NCBI GenBank assembly: GCA_028023455.1
Contig: JAQFVV010000002.1
Span: forward strand, 4,898,001 to 4,962,000
Length of the DNA: 64,000 nucleotides
Direction: 5' to 3'
DNA from: Epiperipatus broadwayi
Lineage: Eukaryota > Animalia > Onychophora
Shown here: in pieces, positions 27,501 to 40,410 of the stretch
Layout: every line of letters starts with the position of its first letter
How positions within the stretch are numbered: position 1 is the stretch's first letter
The notes under the pieces: generated by a model
Seen by the model: only the letters and a program-made list of their open reading frames with translations
Databases searched by the model: none
What the model was told of the DNA's origin: nothing
Program-made: the position numbers and the translations under genes

Positions 27501-28203
27501 TTCACTATCAGGAACGACTATGAAACCAAGTTTTAAATACTTCTTATTGTAATTTCTAATAAAATGACCTTTTTTGTTTTTTCCTGCACATTCTGAAGTA
27601 TCGACACATCTCTTTTTTCTCATTTCTTCAAGAGTTGAAACACTAGTACTTAGCATACTTTCAGTATCAGCATCTCTTTTTACTGGAATATTATTCTTGT
27701 CTCTTCTTAAGAAGGCCAAAAGGTTTTGCTGTTTGACTTTTTTGTCTCCATTTTGTGAAGTTTAATTAATTTCAAAAAGAAATGTCACACACAAAATAAA
27801 AAGATAATACAAATGCAATAAAAAATTTTGCTATATGTGACCAATATATGAGCTGATGCAATACAGAAATGCCTATTAGGTATAGAAAATGACATGTAAG
27901 GTAAGGAGTGGTGCAATTCTTATGAGATTGATGCTTTGTCTTTTAAAGATTGCATTTTCAGATAAATTCCTTTGATTATTATTTAGTAATTATAGTATTA
28001 TCTAATAATTTAAATAAAATTTTGATTTATAATTAATTTTATTTAAGCAATAGCGATGAAAAAATAAATAAAAATTGTTTATATTAATTAAGAGTTTAAA
28101 ATATTATTTTGTTATTACAAACTTTCTTGGCAATCTAGCATGGACTGGCAGAAAACTTCTGCGGCCCGGCACCGGTCCACGGACCAGGGGTTGAAGACCA
28201 CTA
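24566..28203 (-). mobile_element. Buster-type hAT DNA transposon, full length, inactive
   Basis: 15-bp TIRs: tggtggtcttcaacc (24566-24580) versus ggttgaagaccacta (28189-28203), 14/15 complementary. GC-rich subterminal gaccgg/gcggacc motifs. The left flank gtgTAaac fits the Buster nnnTAnnn target but is not duplicated on the right. Confidence 0.85.
25807..27719 (-). pseudogene. hAT/Buster (ZBED5/SCAND3-like) transposase, frameshifted into three ORFs
   Basis: ORFs 27189-27719 (BED finger PLCEVC..LSNEAMKPSKL..HL..KH), 26879-27229 (FAIQLDKST) and 25807-26886 (THCMIHQEQL, EVRWLSRG, STSYLCKKTFS dimerisation region). VGVCMDGA is split across a frameshift. The expected catalytic E in CExxFS reads K. 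Confidence 0.92.
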
Positions 28204-28713
28204 AAAAGAATTAATTTATCTATCTATTAAATTCACTTGTTCTTTAAATATATAGATCTATTGTTTATTTTATTTTTTTAATCTCAACTTAATTAAAGTA
28301 ATTCTGTACTTTAGTTCTACAAGATTGGATCAACTATTATTTTGCTTAAAGTTTTATAGATGAACCTACAACATGAATACATTTCAAGGATTATCTATCA
28401 AAAACGAATTCTTTTTAAAGAAAAAATACATCTCTGTAAATCTAAGGAATTATATTTTTAAAGAATTATAATAATTCAGAAGTTCTAAGGGAAAATATAT
28501 TTTACTTGCTGTTTGAATAAATTTATTTTAATTAAAACAAAATAAACCATTAAGCATCACATGATCACATGTTAAAACAAAATACTTTCTAATAAATTAT
28601 ACAACAATACAAAGATTTAGCAATAAACTTTTATAAATAAAAAAAATGATATTTTTTTAAATAAGATAAAATATAATTAAAAAATTAGCAAACAATACAA
28701 TTATATGAATATA

Positions 28714-29965
28714 CAAGCAAGGGTAATCAATGGATGCAGGAAGGTTTGCACACAAAATCCCTATCCAGTAATATTCCCAGAGTAGTTTATAGCTTGTGGA
28801 TTTCATCAGTGAAGAGCCTTGCATCTGAAAGCACTACACTTAGGATCTAATTCAACCCTGCAGCAGCCACCTTTTACTTTTTTAGATAACTGTAAAGCTT
28901 TGAATCCAAAATTAAAGCACAATAATGTTTTGAACCTAACCTCATTATGTATAGTTGTATAGATCTGAACTCAGTTTAGTATCCATACATTTTGGTGTCT
29001 TTGATTCTTTAATAACCACAGTTACCCTAATCCTATTGGGCAGGATTGGTATTAAACCATCAAATATCACATGATCACCATTTTTTATGCTTTCCCAAGC
29101 TCTTTTTCACAGAAGTAAAACTTTCCATACACTATCACCTCTCAGAGCAAGCCAGAGTAATCAATAGATGCAAGAAGATTTGTGCATAAAATCCCTATCT
29201 AGTGCCTATGCATTCAATATCCTGACTAGTTTCTAGCTTGTGACTTCAATCAGTCAGGAGCTTTATATCTGAGAGCAAAGCACTTAGATCTTAGGATATA
29301 ATGGAACCCTCCAGAAATCACCTTTTATTTTTTAGCTAACTATAAATCTTTGAGTCCAAAATGAAAAATAATAATGTTTTCAAGCTAATCCTATTGGATA
29401 GGATTGGTATTAAACCATCAAACATGACATGATCACCATTTTTTATGCCTGCACAAGCTGTTTTGCACAGAAGCAAAATTCTCCATACAGTAGCATCACT
29501 CATTGCAAGCCAGAGTAATCAATGGATGCAGGAAAGTTAATAACTGGTTATCAAAGAACTAAAAACACCAAAAATATGAATGCTGAACTGAGTTCAGATC
29601 TATACAACTATACAAGCTAATGAGGTTCATTTATAAACATTATTGTGTTTTCATTTTGGATTCAAAGCTTTATAGTTAACTAAAAAACTAAAGGTGGCTA
29701 CTGGAGAGTTGCATTAAATCCAAAGATCTAGGTGCAGTGCTCTCAGATTCAAAGTTCCTAACTGATGAAAGTCACAAGCTAGAAACTTGACTGGGATATT
29801 AGATGAGTAGGCACTAGATAGGGATTTTATGAACAAACCTTCCTGCATTCATTGATTACTCTGGTTTGCACTGAGTGGCACTACTGTATGGAGAGTTTTG
29901 CCTTTGTGAAAAACAGCTTGAGTACACATAAAGAATGGTTGGTGATCATGTGATGTTTGATAGTT
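28714..29965. mobile_element. Family A compound locus: about two tandem antisense units plus one sense unit
   Basis: Antisense units with gagtaatcaat at ~28722, ~29156 and ~29514; a sense unit ~29545-29965 carries ctgatgaaagtcacaagctagaaac at 29762. No TSD recognised. Confidence 0.85.
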
Positions 29966-31079
29966 TACTATACATTTTACTTGCTCATTTGTGAATAAAC
30001 TTAAATTAATATCTTTATTAATGCATGAGTATTAGTTTTTCATATATGAGCATAGCTCAATATATATATATATATGATTACAGTAGATATCCTGGCCCTT
30101 AACACTGTTGACAAAGAAATAAGAATAGAATGGTTCCACCTATTTTTAAAACTTTTGGTGTATATAAGATTATTCTTTGCCATTTTAATAGACACTACAT
30201 CAATTCTGATACTAGATAAAGCCACAAAACTACTGTTGACATGACAAAGCAATAACCAACATTTCAAATTACATTCAATGTGCCTATAAAACTGTTTCAT
30301 ATATTTTGACCTATCTAAATAAAAATGTCAAAATTCACTGCAAATTAAAAAAAAGCAAAGATTTATAGAAAGAACCTATAAAAATTACTCCCAATATTTT
30401 ATCCCCCAAATAAATTATTAAATTAATATAAAAACATATACAAGTATTGAATGTACTATACAATAAATTACACGGTGGTATAATAATCCACAATGTAAAA
30501 ATGAATAATAAAACACAAATTTGAAAAATGTTTGCATGCGTTTTAACAAAAAAAAATGCTAATCTAATATAAGAATGAATAAAAAAAACATGCTTAAATG
30601 AAAGTATGGCAGTAGAAAACAAATGCATAAACTAATATGTACTTAAATGAAAGTATTTTGATTTTATAATTAGCAAATAAAGCATTACATTTTAAACTTC
30701 ATCAAAGTTAAAAAATTAACTGAGAAATATTTTAAATTTTTTATGGATTTCAATGAAACTTAAAATAGGATATGACAATAGAATACATTTTGGAATTCCT
30801 ACAAAGTTAAAACATAATAAATCCATGAAAATATTTAATTTGACAATATGTGTTTTCTAAGTCCCCAGAGAGTTAAAAATAAAAGAGGGTCTTTTTTTTA
30901 TTTCTAATTAACTCAAGACAACAAAAAAAATCTATTATTGGATACTAGATCAAATGTTATTTATATTGTAATTACATCATAACTAATCCATAAAAATGTT
31001 TAATTTAATATATATATATTGTAACCAGTTGGCTTACATCACACACACTAATATAGTGTATGTGAATATATATATGTAA

Positions 31080-32110
31080 AATAAAGGAAAAGAGAATTTA
31101 TAAATTGAAATTAATTTTAAATTATATCTATATTTTGTTTATACGCACACGTATATGTATGAAATTTGTGCATATTTTCCAAAGAATTTAATAATGAAAA
31201 CATAATATTATTGCTGTTAAGTTAAAATTTGATGTAAACGTCAGCGTGTGCGCGCACACACACACACACACATATAAAATTACATTTTGAAAGTGATGCG
31301 TGAATTTGTACTTTTTATGTTTATGGTGAGTCTATAGTGAGGCGGGGCTGTCTGGATGCAGGTGTCCATGGTGCTCCGAAGTAAAGGCTCGGCACTGTTT
31401 AGATCTAGATGTCGAGCTCCCAGAGTAGTCCAGTGGTGAATATATATAGGCCTCATGAATAGGCTTTGGTCTCATGAATAGACCTCATTTATACCCCTAA
31501 GTCTCACAGAGATGAGCAGGGTTGGTGCAATGCCTTTTGTTTTTTTTTCTGGCTCCTACTCTTTGAGGATGATCTATCTAGATACTTAGAAGGGCAGTGC
31601 TTAAAAATGAGGTATTTTCTCGTGACGTCATGGAGCTTTGTATTGATAGTCCAGCTTGGCTCTCTGCTTATCATGGCATAGAGAGCTGCAGTTCACGTAT
31701 TCATTTTTACTATCTCACCTTGCCTACTTTATTCAGCATTAACTAATCAATCAGAAAGACATTTTAAAATTTATATATTTTCTTAATTCTATAAAACAAT
31801 TGTATTTTTCGTTTGTTAAGAAAAAAAAAAGAGACATTTTATATTTAGAGACTATGATAATTAATCAACAAGTAACTGTCAAACAAAAGTTGACTTTATT
31901 TAGTTTGATAAAAAAAAAAAAAAAAGAACTTATAAACTGAAATTAAATTTTAAATTGTATATTTTGTTTATACACATGTATATATGTGAAATTTATGTGT
32001 TTTCCAAATGAATTAAAAATAAAAAATATATATATTATTGTAACAAGTTTAAATAGGTAAAAGTCAGTCTGTGTATATACACGCACACTCATATATGTAA
32101 AATTTTAATA
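31080..32110 (+). repeat. ~200-bp imperfect direct repeats flanking a GC-richer island
   Basis: ttataaa(t/c)tgaaattaa..ttttgtttatac..gaaattt..ttttccaaa..gtcag..cacac occurs at ~31095-31280 and ~31930-32095; the segment 31320-31740 lies between them. Confidence 0.6.
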
Positions 32111-32479
32111 TTTTTTATTTTTATTTTTATTAAATGTCAATTCATTTATTGAATACTCATTGTATATTATAAATCGCGCGTCTGTGCGCATATATATGTA
32201 AACCATAATAATAATTTGAATATATTTTATTATACTTTTTGTAAATTAATGTAACGATTTAAATATTGAATAGTAATTATGTAAATTGATGTAATAACTT
32301 GAATTTTGTAGTAATATTGTAAATTACAGTGTAATGACTTTTATTATTGGATACTTTTCAAAATCAGAACCCTTATAAGACCTTAAATATCATTCATTTT
32401 TTTGTTATGAATAAACTTGTATTTAATTGTTAAAATTGTTTCCATCATCTATCTCTTGTTCACATACAGTAATAGAGCT

Positions 32480-33110
32480 TTGTGTTCTTTGAGCTAGATT
32501 TGGACATGGATAAATGGGGATGTGCACTTAGTGCTTTGGGCATCCAGTGATGATCAATCATCATCCTGGTTGGCGCATAAGATTGTACTCTTTAAAGCCC
32601 ATGCACTATATTTTATTTTAATTTAATCTTGTTAAAAATTTAAGTTTATAGTTGGCCAGTACAAGTGGACAGAGCATTGATAATGATCAGCATGTTTTAA
32701 ATGTCCCAGCATTATTGATTTGATTTCTGATTATTGTGTATTTTAATGGATGGGCACTAAGCTGGTGCATCCAAGTTATGTTTATATAATTGCCCAAGCT
32801 GGCAAAGGCCCAATAGTTAGCCTGGTCTAAAGAAGACCGATTTTCAATCCAGCCACATGATGGTCTGTTGATTTTATTCTGATTTATTGTACTAATATGT
32901 TTATTCCCATTAATGATGATGATGGATGGTTATTTCTCTCAAGTATTTACTTATACTGATACTTACTTGTTATAATGCTGGTTGAATTTATAATTATGCT
33001 TTTGGTTGCTCTTCTGAGATAACTGGTTGATCTCACAAGGTTCTCAGATCTCTCAATGCTCACACAGAGATTTTGTTTTCATGCTCTTATTACATATTTA
33101 TACATATAGA
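32480..33110 (-). mobile_element. Possible non-LTR retrotransposon C-terminal fragment (CCHC knuckle region)
   Basis: Frameshifted LCANQDD..IDH.ITGCP near 32530-32580 resembles the C..C....ET..H....CP motif of restriction-like-endonuclease LINEs; heavily decayed. Confidence 0.3.
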
Positions 33111-35938
33111 TACTTTTGTAAATTATTGATTTTTCATTTTAAATTGACTTGGGGTTGATGGTGAGATTCCATCACCCCAGGTTCACTTTTATTACTTCCA
33201 CTCTATATCACCCCATATTCATCCACTTCTCACCTACCCCATCCCATTACAATATATATATATATATATAATATATTAATGTGGATTACATATACAACCT
33301 GATAAATATAAATACAAAAGCTAAGAGATGGTTAAAATTAAGTTTTAATAACAGTTTAGCTAATTTTAATTTCTCAAAAAAGGAAAAATAAGAGTTTGTT
33401 ATATATTTTAAATTTATAAAAAAGTTCAATTGTGTAAAACTGAAACGAAAAACCAGAAAGAAATAATAAATTGACTTTTGATAAAAATATATTTTTTTTT
33501 TGCTATTTTCAAACAGAAAGGGATTTTTTTTAAAAAAAAAGTTAAAAGCAGTAAAAATTTTGTGGTTTTTATTCTACTTAAGATATAAAAATATTTAGAT
33601 TTAAAAAATTTAGTTTAACTGAAGACAAACTAGGAATTAGGGAAATAAACTGAAATAGATTCACATCTCTAGTTCTGAGTATATATTATAAAATATGTTT
33701 TGCCTTGTTTTCATGTAAAAAATAATGATACTTAACATATAAATGTTAAAAAAAAACCTTTTGTGTTATGATCCAAAGAAGAATTTATTATTTATAAAAA
33801 TGTTAATTTAATAAAAAAGAAAGTAAAGGCAAATAATCTGATAGACAATGTGAGAGTTAGGTATAAAAGGTTCATTTTTTCATTGTTTTTATCATTGCTG
33901 TTGAAATTTTGCTGTTTTCAATAACTTTAAAAAGGCAATTTCTACTATCCTCCAGTTGTTATAATAATAATTTCCAGTCAACTCTATTTCACATATATCT
34001 ACTATAGATGAGTAGAGATCCTATAGGAATATTTATCTCTTATTTTTTAGATGTAACCTAAGTGGTGCAGCAAGATGCCTGAAGAGTTTCTAAAAATAAA
34101 TGTCTAGTTAATCCTGCCAATGGTGGGGTTGTTTGTTATTGCTATAATTAATTACCTATAATACTTGTTGAAAAAAATCATTAAAGAAGACATAATCCAT
34201 GGATAGAAAATAAGAATGTTACAATAACATACACATTAAACATCTATTTGATATTTGCCATATAAGTAAGTTGTAAAAGTATATAAAGTCATGACAATGA
34301 AATAAACTCAAATTACATCAACAATGAAAACTTTTTTAACATTTAATGGAGATATGAAATACAAAAAGGAAAAGACTGCAAATGTTGAGCTTCACAAAAA
34401 TTTGTAAGATGATTTCAATTGTCTTATTTGAATACTTACTAACTTCACTAATAATTGACAAAATTGATTTAATTTTTTAAAGAGACTTTTTTTTAATTAC
34501 AATTTTAGACTTGCAGTAATATCAATCTAACTATATACATAAACATTTGTTTTAATGTATTACAAAATTTAATTTTTTTCATATTATTAACCTGAAACCA
34601 GTAAATTAATCAAGTTGAGGGGGGTAAAAGAATTAAGCCTTTATATCCTTGACTGATTTTTCTGATCTATTTTAAAATAATTTTCATTGTGTACATTTGT
34701 AAATATAAGTGGCTAGTGAGGATTAATTTGTTTTATTAAGTTTTTTTATTACTAATAAATTAATTATTGTTAAAAAAAAAGCCATATTTCTCATTGATTT
34801 GTGATCCATCAGACAAGTATTTGAAGTATGTTTAAGATTTAGAATATATTATGATATAAGTGCTCTGATAGGTCTATAATATATAGATATATTAGGTTAA
34901 CATTATATTAGGATAGATAATGATTTTCAAATATAACTGGGATTTGCCTTGAGACTAGTTGGTTGACATGAGAATCAATCTGACCATTATCTTTGGCTAA
35001 GATCAAATAGGATTAAATATTAAGTTTATAATTGCAACATGTTGTACACAATTACTCACTTGATATTGAATGGATAAATAATCATTTCCTGGAGTAAGAT
35101 GGCATCATAGTAAAATTAATGGACATAATTCCAATATATCTATTGTGACCTTCAGTTCTTACTGTGGAACTGCAGGTTGTGTTGCATTGATATATATATA
35201 TATTAAATTATAGTTTTTTTTTCATGCAAGAAGAGTTATTGTAATAATAGTAGCTAAAGTGCATCTGTAATTTATTAGTCATGTCATTATTGCCACTATA
35301 AGATAATATTAACTTAAAACCAGTCTTATATAAGTATATTTTAATAATTTTCAAACTTATTAGTTTAATTTCTTTATAATTTTAATTGCTTAGCCATAAA
35401 CTATTATTTATTTAAAGCATTAGTTTTACACATGCTAGAGCAGTAAAGATAAAATAGACTCAACTTAACTGTTGTATGTTTTAATTAAATCAAAATATTA
35501 TAAAAGAACTTCAAAATAGGCGTAAAATTCAGAGATCTTAAATATTTAAGCTAGTTTTAAATAAAGGGGGTTGTTTAATTTTTGGTAGTATAACAAATCT
35601 GTGTTTAGCTTAATTAAAAGTGCAGTTATAAATGCTAATTTAGTAGTGTTATAATCTAATTTTTGTTTGGAAAATCTTAAAGTTTAACTAATTAAGAATT
35701 TTGTTATCTTTTAAACCAATAATTAACTAATGTATTTAAATTATTATTCCCAGATAAAGAATTAAATATTAGTATGTGTGAGTGCTTGCATGAAATTTAT
35801 TAATTATTTAAGAATGTTTCCTGGTTGTAAAGTTAATTTTTAAAATTAGTTTTAGTATCTGATATTTTTTAAATGTATTGAAGCAGTCATATATATACAT
35901 CATATATATATAGGCTTCATGTATATATTTCCTATTAA

Positions 35939-36778
35939 CCCTTTAACTGTCCAATTGTTCATTCGCTGCAGGTGGTATCACTCAAAGCTTTTAATTAGCC
36001 GATGCACAAAATAATGTATCAATTTTTCAAAAGTTATTGACCGTTTTTTTAAATATATTCACTTTAGTTTCGTTTTTAAAAAGTATATTAGTAATTTCTC
36101 ACATTATAAAAATAAACGAAAGTTTGTTCAAAAATAAATTTTGATTTTTAATTTTAAAAATATTTGTTACGGTTGACATGAAAAGAAACGGCAATCATAA
36201 TTTCACGTTATGATTTTTTTTTCCCGACTTTGCAATAAATAAATAATTCTTGCTAAAATCGTAACTATTTTTGTAAAATAATATTTATTTTTGACATATT
36301 ATATGAAAATAATTTGTATTTTATTTGTATTTCATCAAAAAATATTTTTAAAATGCTCTAAAACATTCGTTTATCATTTTCAAAATAAAACAAAAGCGTT
36401 CAGAAATTTTTAATTTTTGGCAGCCATATAAAAATTTTAACAGCCAATAAGATTCAAGAAAAGATGATGAGAAGGCGGAGCTTTTCCATTTTCTTTTGTT
36501 TACAAAATTTCAACAGCCAATAAGATTCAAGAAAAGATGTGAAAAGGCAGTGCTTAGTTTTTGTTTGACATAAATCATCAATTAATTGATTTTTTACTTG
36601 TAAAATAATTCAATAGATGGCAGTATATTATAAAACTTTTTGCGTTCTAAAAAATGACGTTAAAACCGTAAACGTAGTCCAAAAACTAAGCAATTTACAG
36701 CGATGTCAAATTTACTCGATTAAAACGAATATGTATCAAAAATTGCCTCGATTAAGAACGAGTCAAACAGTTAAAAGG
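35939..36778. mobile_element. piggyBac-type non-autonomous element (MITE)
   Basis: TTAA at 35935-35938 and 36779-36782; TIRs ccctttaactgt / acagttaaaagg (11/12). Internal 28-bp direct repeat aacagccaataagattcaagaaaagatg at 36439 and 36512. Confidence 0.85.
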
Positions 36779-38399
36779 TTAAGTTGAAAATATTAAAAAA
36801 ATTTAATGTATAAATTAAATTCTAATTTTATAATTATTTAGGGAAAATGTGACAAAACATATAATTATTGTAGAATCAGATAAAATCAAAGATGGAATTT
36901 AATTAAGAAATGCAATTAATAAAATTTCAAAATTAAATTGCATTAAGATTCTAATCAATAGATAATAAAGAAAAGAATTTTACTTAAGTTTAATTAATTA
37001 ATTAATTTAGAGAACAGCCAGCCAGCCTTTGTTTTGAGCTATATATATATATATATATAGAGAGAGAGGCAAAAGAAGAAGGGATTAGTTAGTTACTACT
37101 GTAAACTTCAGAAAGAGTACAACTTTTTGGAGAGTTAGTTACTGTACACTTCTTGAAGTTTTTAAAAGTTTTATTGTAAAGTTTTGTTTTAAATTGTTAA
37201 ATTACCTCACACTATGAGTGAGTAGATCACCATAATTTCTCTGTCCAATTCCAGCGCAGCTGAGTATGGAGTTCCCTGGACTTATAGAATGCTAGGCCGA
37301 TAAAATCCTTGCTTATCTTTGACCATCCTTGTTGCTGACATGCTATGCCATCACCATCAAAACTGAAGCCCCCATTATATAATCTCACTGAGTGACCAAC
37401 CAGCCAATTCTACTGTTTGTCAAAATCCTTCATGAAGATCTGGTAAAATGGTAACTTAATTTGACTATAAATTTTAAATGATAAAGGCCTCTCTAATATT
37501 CTGCTTCTTTGCTTCCTCAATTTATTTATTAACTATTCTTTAAAGTGTGTGTGTGTGTTTTAGTACTAGAAAATATTCTTATAATGTTATTAAAATATAT
37601 TTTCTTATATTATAACCCACGCTTAATTATACATAGTAAGAAAGATTGACTATTGCAATATATACTCAATCTTTTTTACATTTTGCTAGACTTATTGTTT
37701 AAGAATCAGACAGAGGTAAGTTTAGTAAAAGATTTCAATGATTTAAAATATTTGACATTATCTCAAGAAAAGTCCAGTAATTAATTAAAACAAGATACTT
37801 AAACCTCTCTCTCTCTCTGATTCTAATTTGTTTTTTTTTATTATTATTATTATTTGCGATTTTAAAATTGTCAGTTTAAAATCGATTCTTTCAAAATATC
37901 ATTTAGCCATTAACGCAGTTATATGGTTTATATCTAACTTTTTAAAAAAAAATTAAAATTAAGATCGAGTGTTAAAAAAAAAACTTTATTTTCTGTTTTG
38001 GGAAGGGACAATTATGTATGTATATTGTGTACCGTGATTTAGAAACAATCTGCAGGGTTTTTTTTTTTCAAATAAAATTTTATGTTTAAAGTTGTGCATA
38101 CTGTACGATATGATAGTTTATTCTTTAATTAAACTTTTAATTCAAATTTAATATTATCATCTTAGACTATCGTATCGATATTTCCGTCTATATGTAAGAC
38201 CTATGGGGCGGATCTCTGATTAAGCAGGGATTAATTTCTTTATGAAATCTTGATTTAGCCTATAGAATAGATATCTGCATGTGATAAACTTATGGTATGA
38301 CCATTTACATTTTATTGATTTAAATTTAAGTCCGAATATTTATTATTATACATAAATATAGCATTACTGCGTTGTCTAATTTTTTTATTATCTTACTGC

Positions 38400-39060
38400 A
38401 TTTCTTCAGCAGGTGTATATCCCTGCTTCAATGATTTAATTTGATGGGTTCTATTTGTCTAAGTTCCATGCAAATGTGGGAACAGTTCTTTATTTTCCAG
38501 ATCCAGAAGGTCTTCTTATTTCTTGTTACCAGTGCAGTGGATTGTTCCTGCCTGTTAATGAGAGTTATTTAGGGTTATATGAAGTTGCTCATTCCTTCAT
38601 TTCATGACCCATTTATTTTATGAAATTTGTATCTAACTTCAGAACAGCGAAGATAACCCCTTAGTGCCTTATTATAAGACTTGGATATGACATCACAGAG
38701 GTAATCATATTCCAGTTTACCTCACTATTTAATTGTTTATTACTTTAGCAACTCAGTACCACCTTCCTTATCCCTTGTGTGTAGTAAAGCTTAATATTTC
38801 AGCTTTCATTGGTCATGATCATGAGAGTTATGCATTTATCTATTTTAACCATATTTTTCTAGAGTCAATTGAACTTACTTTAACTTATAATTATTATCCT
38901 GTACTTGCCTGAGGGACATCTACCCCAAAGATCAAATGTGTTCATCACTTGAAGTTCCTTATTATATGTCTGCTATATATTGAAACTTTTATATATGGAA
39001 TCATCAATTAATGTAATTTCCACTATCTTATAAGTCTAGCAATCTAAGTAAGCTGTAGTC
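38400..39060 (-). mobile_element. Non-LTR retrotransposon fragment (post-RT region)
   Basis: LLHTRDKEGGTEL at 38749-38787 resembles the RLYLPRKEGGRGL motif of non-LTR RT thumb regions; the rest is decayed. Confidence 0.4.
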
Positions 39061-40314
39061 ACTTCTTTTGTTTATTTGTTTGTAACTTTAATTACTAATA
39101 AAATGTTTGTATTTTATATATACATTGCATTGGGTGTCTTGTTTTCTCACATGGAAGTTATATAGTTAATAAATTAGTTTAAGGGTTTCTACCTCTCCCT
39201 GATTATCGAGCCTAAACAATGGTGAAGTAGTATGTGGATTGGGATGAGTTGTGATGGTTTAAGTCACCCTGGTGGTGATTTATGCAGTTATCAGCTCATC
39301 CTGACAATTACAGTATCTATTTTTAAGTAAGCATTTATTTTTATAGCGTTTGCATATAATTGTAATTCACATTCATATTGGCCATTCAAACCAATTGTGC
39401 AAACACTTTGCGAGTGTTAAATAATAAATGAATGCCTTCTGATCAATACAAGATATAGAATTTATGCAGGAATAAAAAGGATCCTCTTATTCCTACGACT
39501 CAAATATTTATATATGAGCAAATCTATTTTTATAAAATAGATAATATAAAGTCCATAATATTCTGAGAATTTACAAAAAAAAAAAAAAGAATAAAGTGTA
39601 TTTAAACAATTTATGTATATTTTTATAATAATGTAATGATTTTTAAATATTTTGTTAAATAATTTTAAATATATAACAATTGATTTTAAATAATGATTTA
39701 AAAAGGTGATTTTTAAAATTCCAGTCTGCCATTTAAAATATTGTTTACTTTCAGTTCATCTAAATCATCTGAGATGGTTAGTTCAGTTGCCAACTGTTTA
39801 ATCAATTCTTATCATATGACTCAATCTATAAAAATCCGATTTGTTAAACTGACACACACCTGATTTTTCTTTAGGCTTTCAAGTTGTAAATTTTTATAAC
39901 TAATTTTTATTTGCTGATATAAATAAAATATACTGTGTTAAAATAATTATCTATTCAGGTATTCTTTTAACCTAGACTTTCAAAGCTTCAAACTATTCTA
40001 ACCTCACTATGGAAAATTGTTCTACAATTCGTCTGTGCATTTCAGGAAGTAACATATTGTTCTGTTATATTAAGGTAGCAGTATGCATTGTAAAAACCTT
40101 TATTAATTCCACATTTATTTGTTTTATTTATATGTAAATTTTATTTTAAAAATGATTATTCCTAAATTAAATGCTAGAACTTTAAAACTATTTTTTATTA
40201 ATTCTGAAAATAATTTAGCTGCTACTTTTCAAAGAACTTCAGAAACAATGTTTATTTGAATATTGAATATAGACATCATTTTCCAGAGCATTCTCTTTTG
40301 GTTTACTTTAATAT

Positions 40315-40410
40315 TCACATGATCATTATTTCTTATGCTATCACATTACTGTTATTAAATCAGGCAAAACTTTCCATATAGTAATGCCACTCAGTGCCAA
40401 CCAGAGTAAT
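40315..40410 (-). mobile_element. Family A solo 3'-end fragment
   Basis: tcacatgatc..caggcaaaactttccatatagtaatgccactcagtgccaaccagagtaat matches the antisense end of family A; no HHR is included. Confidence 0.75.

Noticed and set aside
39195-39245. tccCTGATTA...GAAG...ggga hammerhead-like layout
   Set aside because: Both core segments are mutated and helix III is absent.
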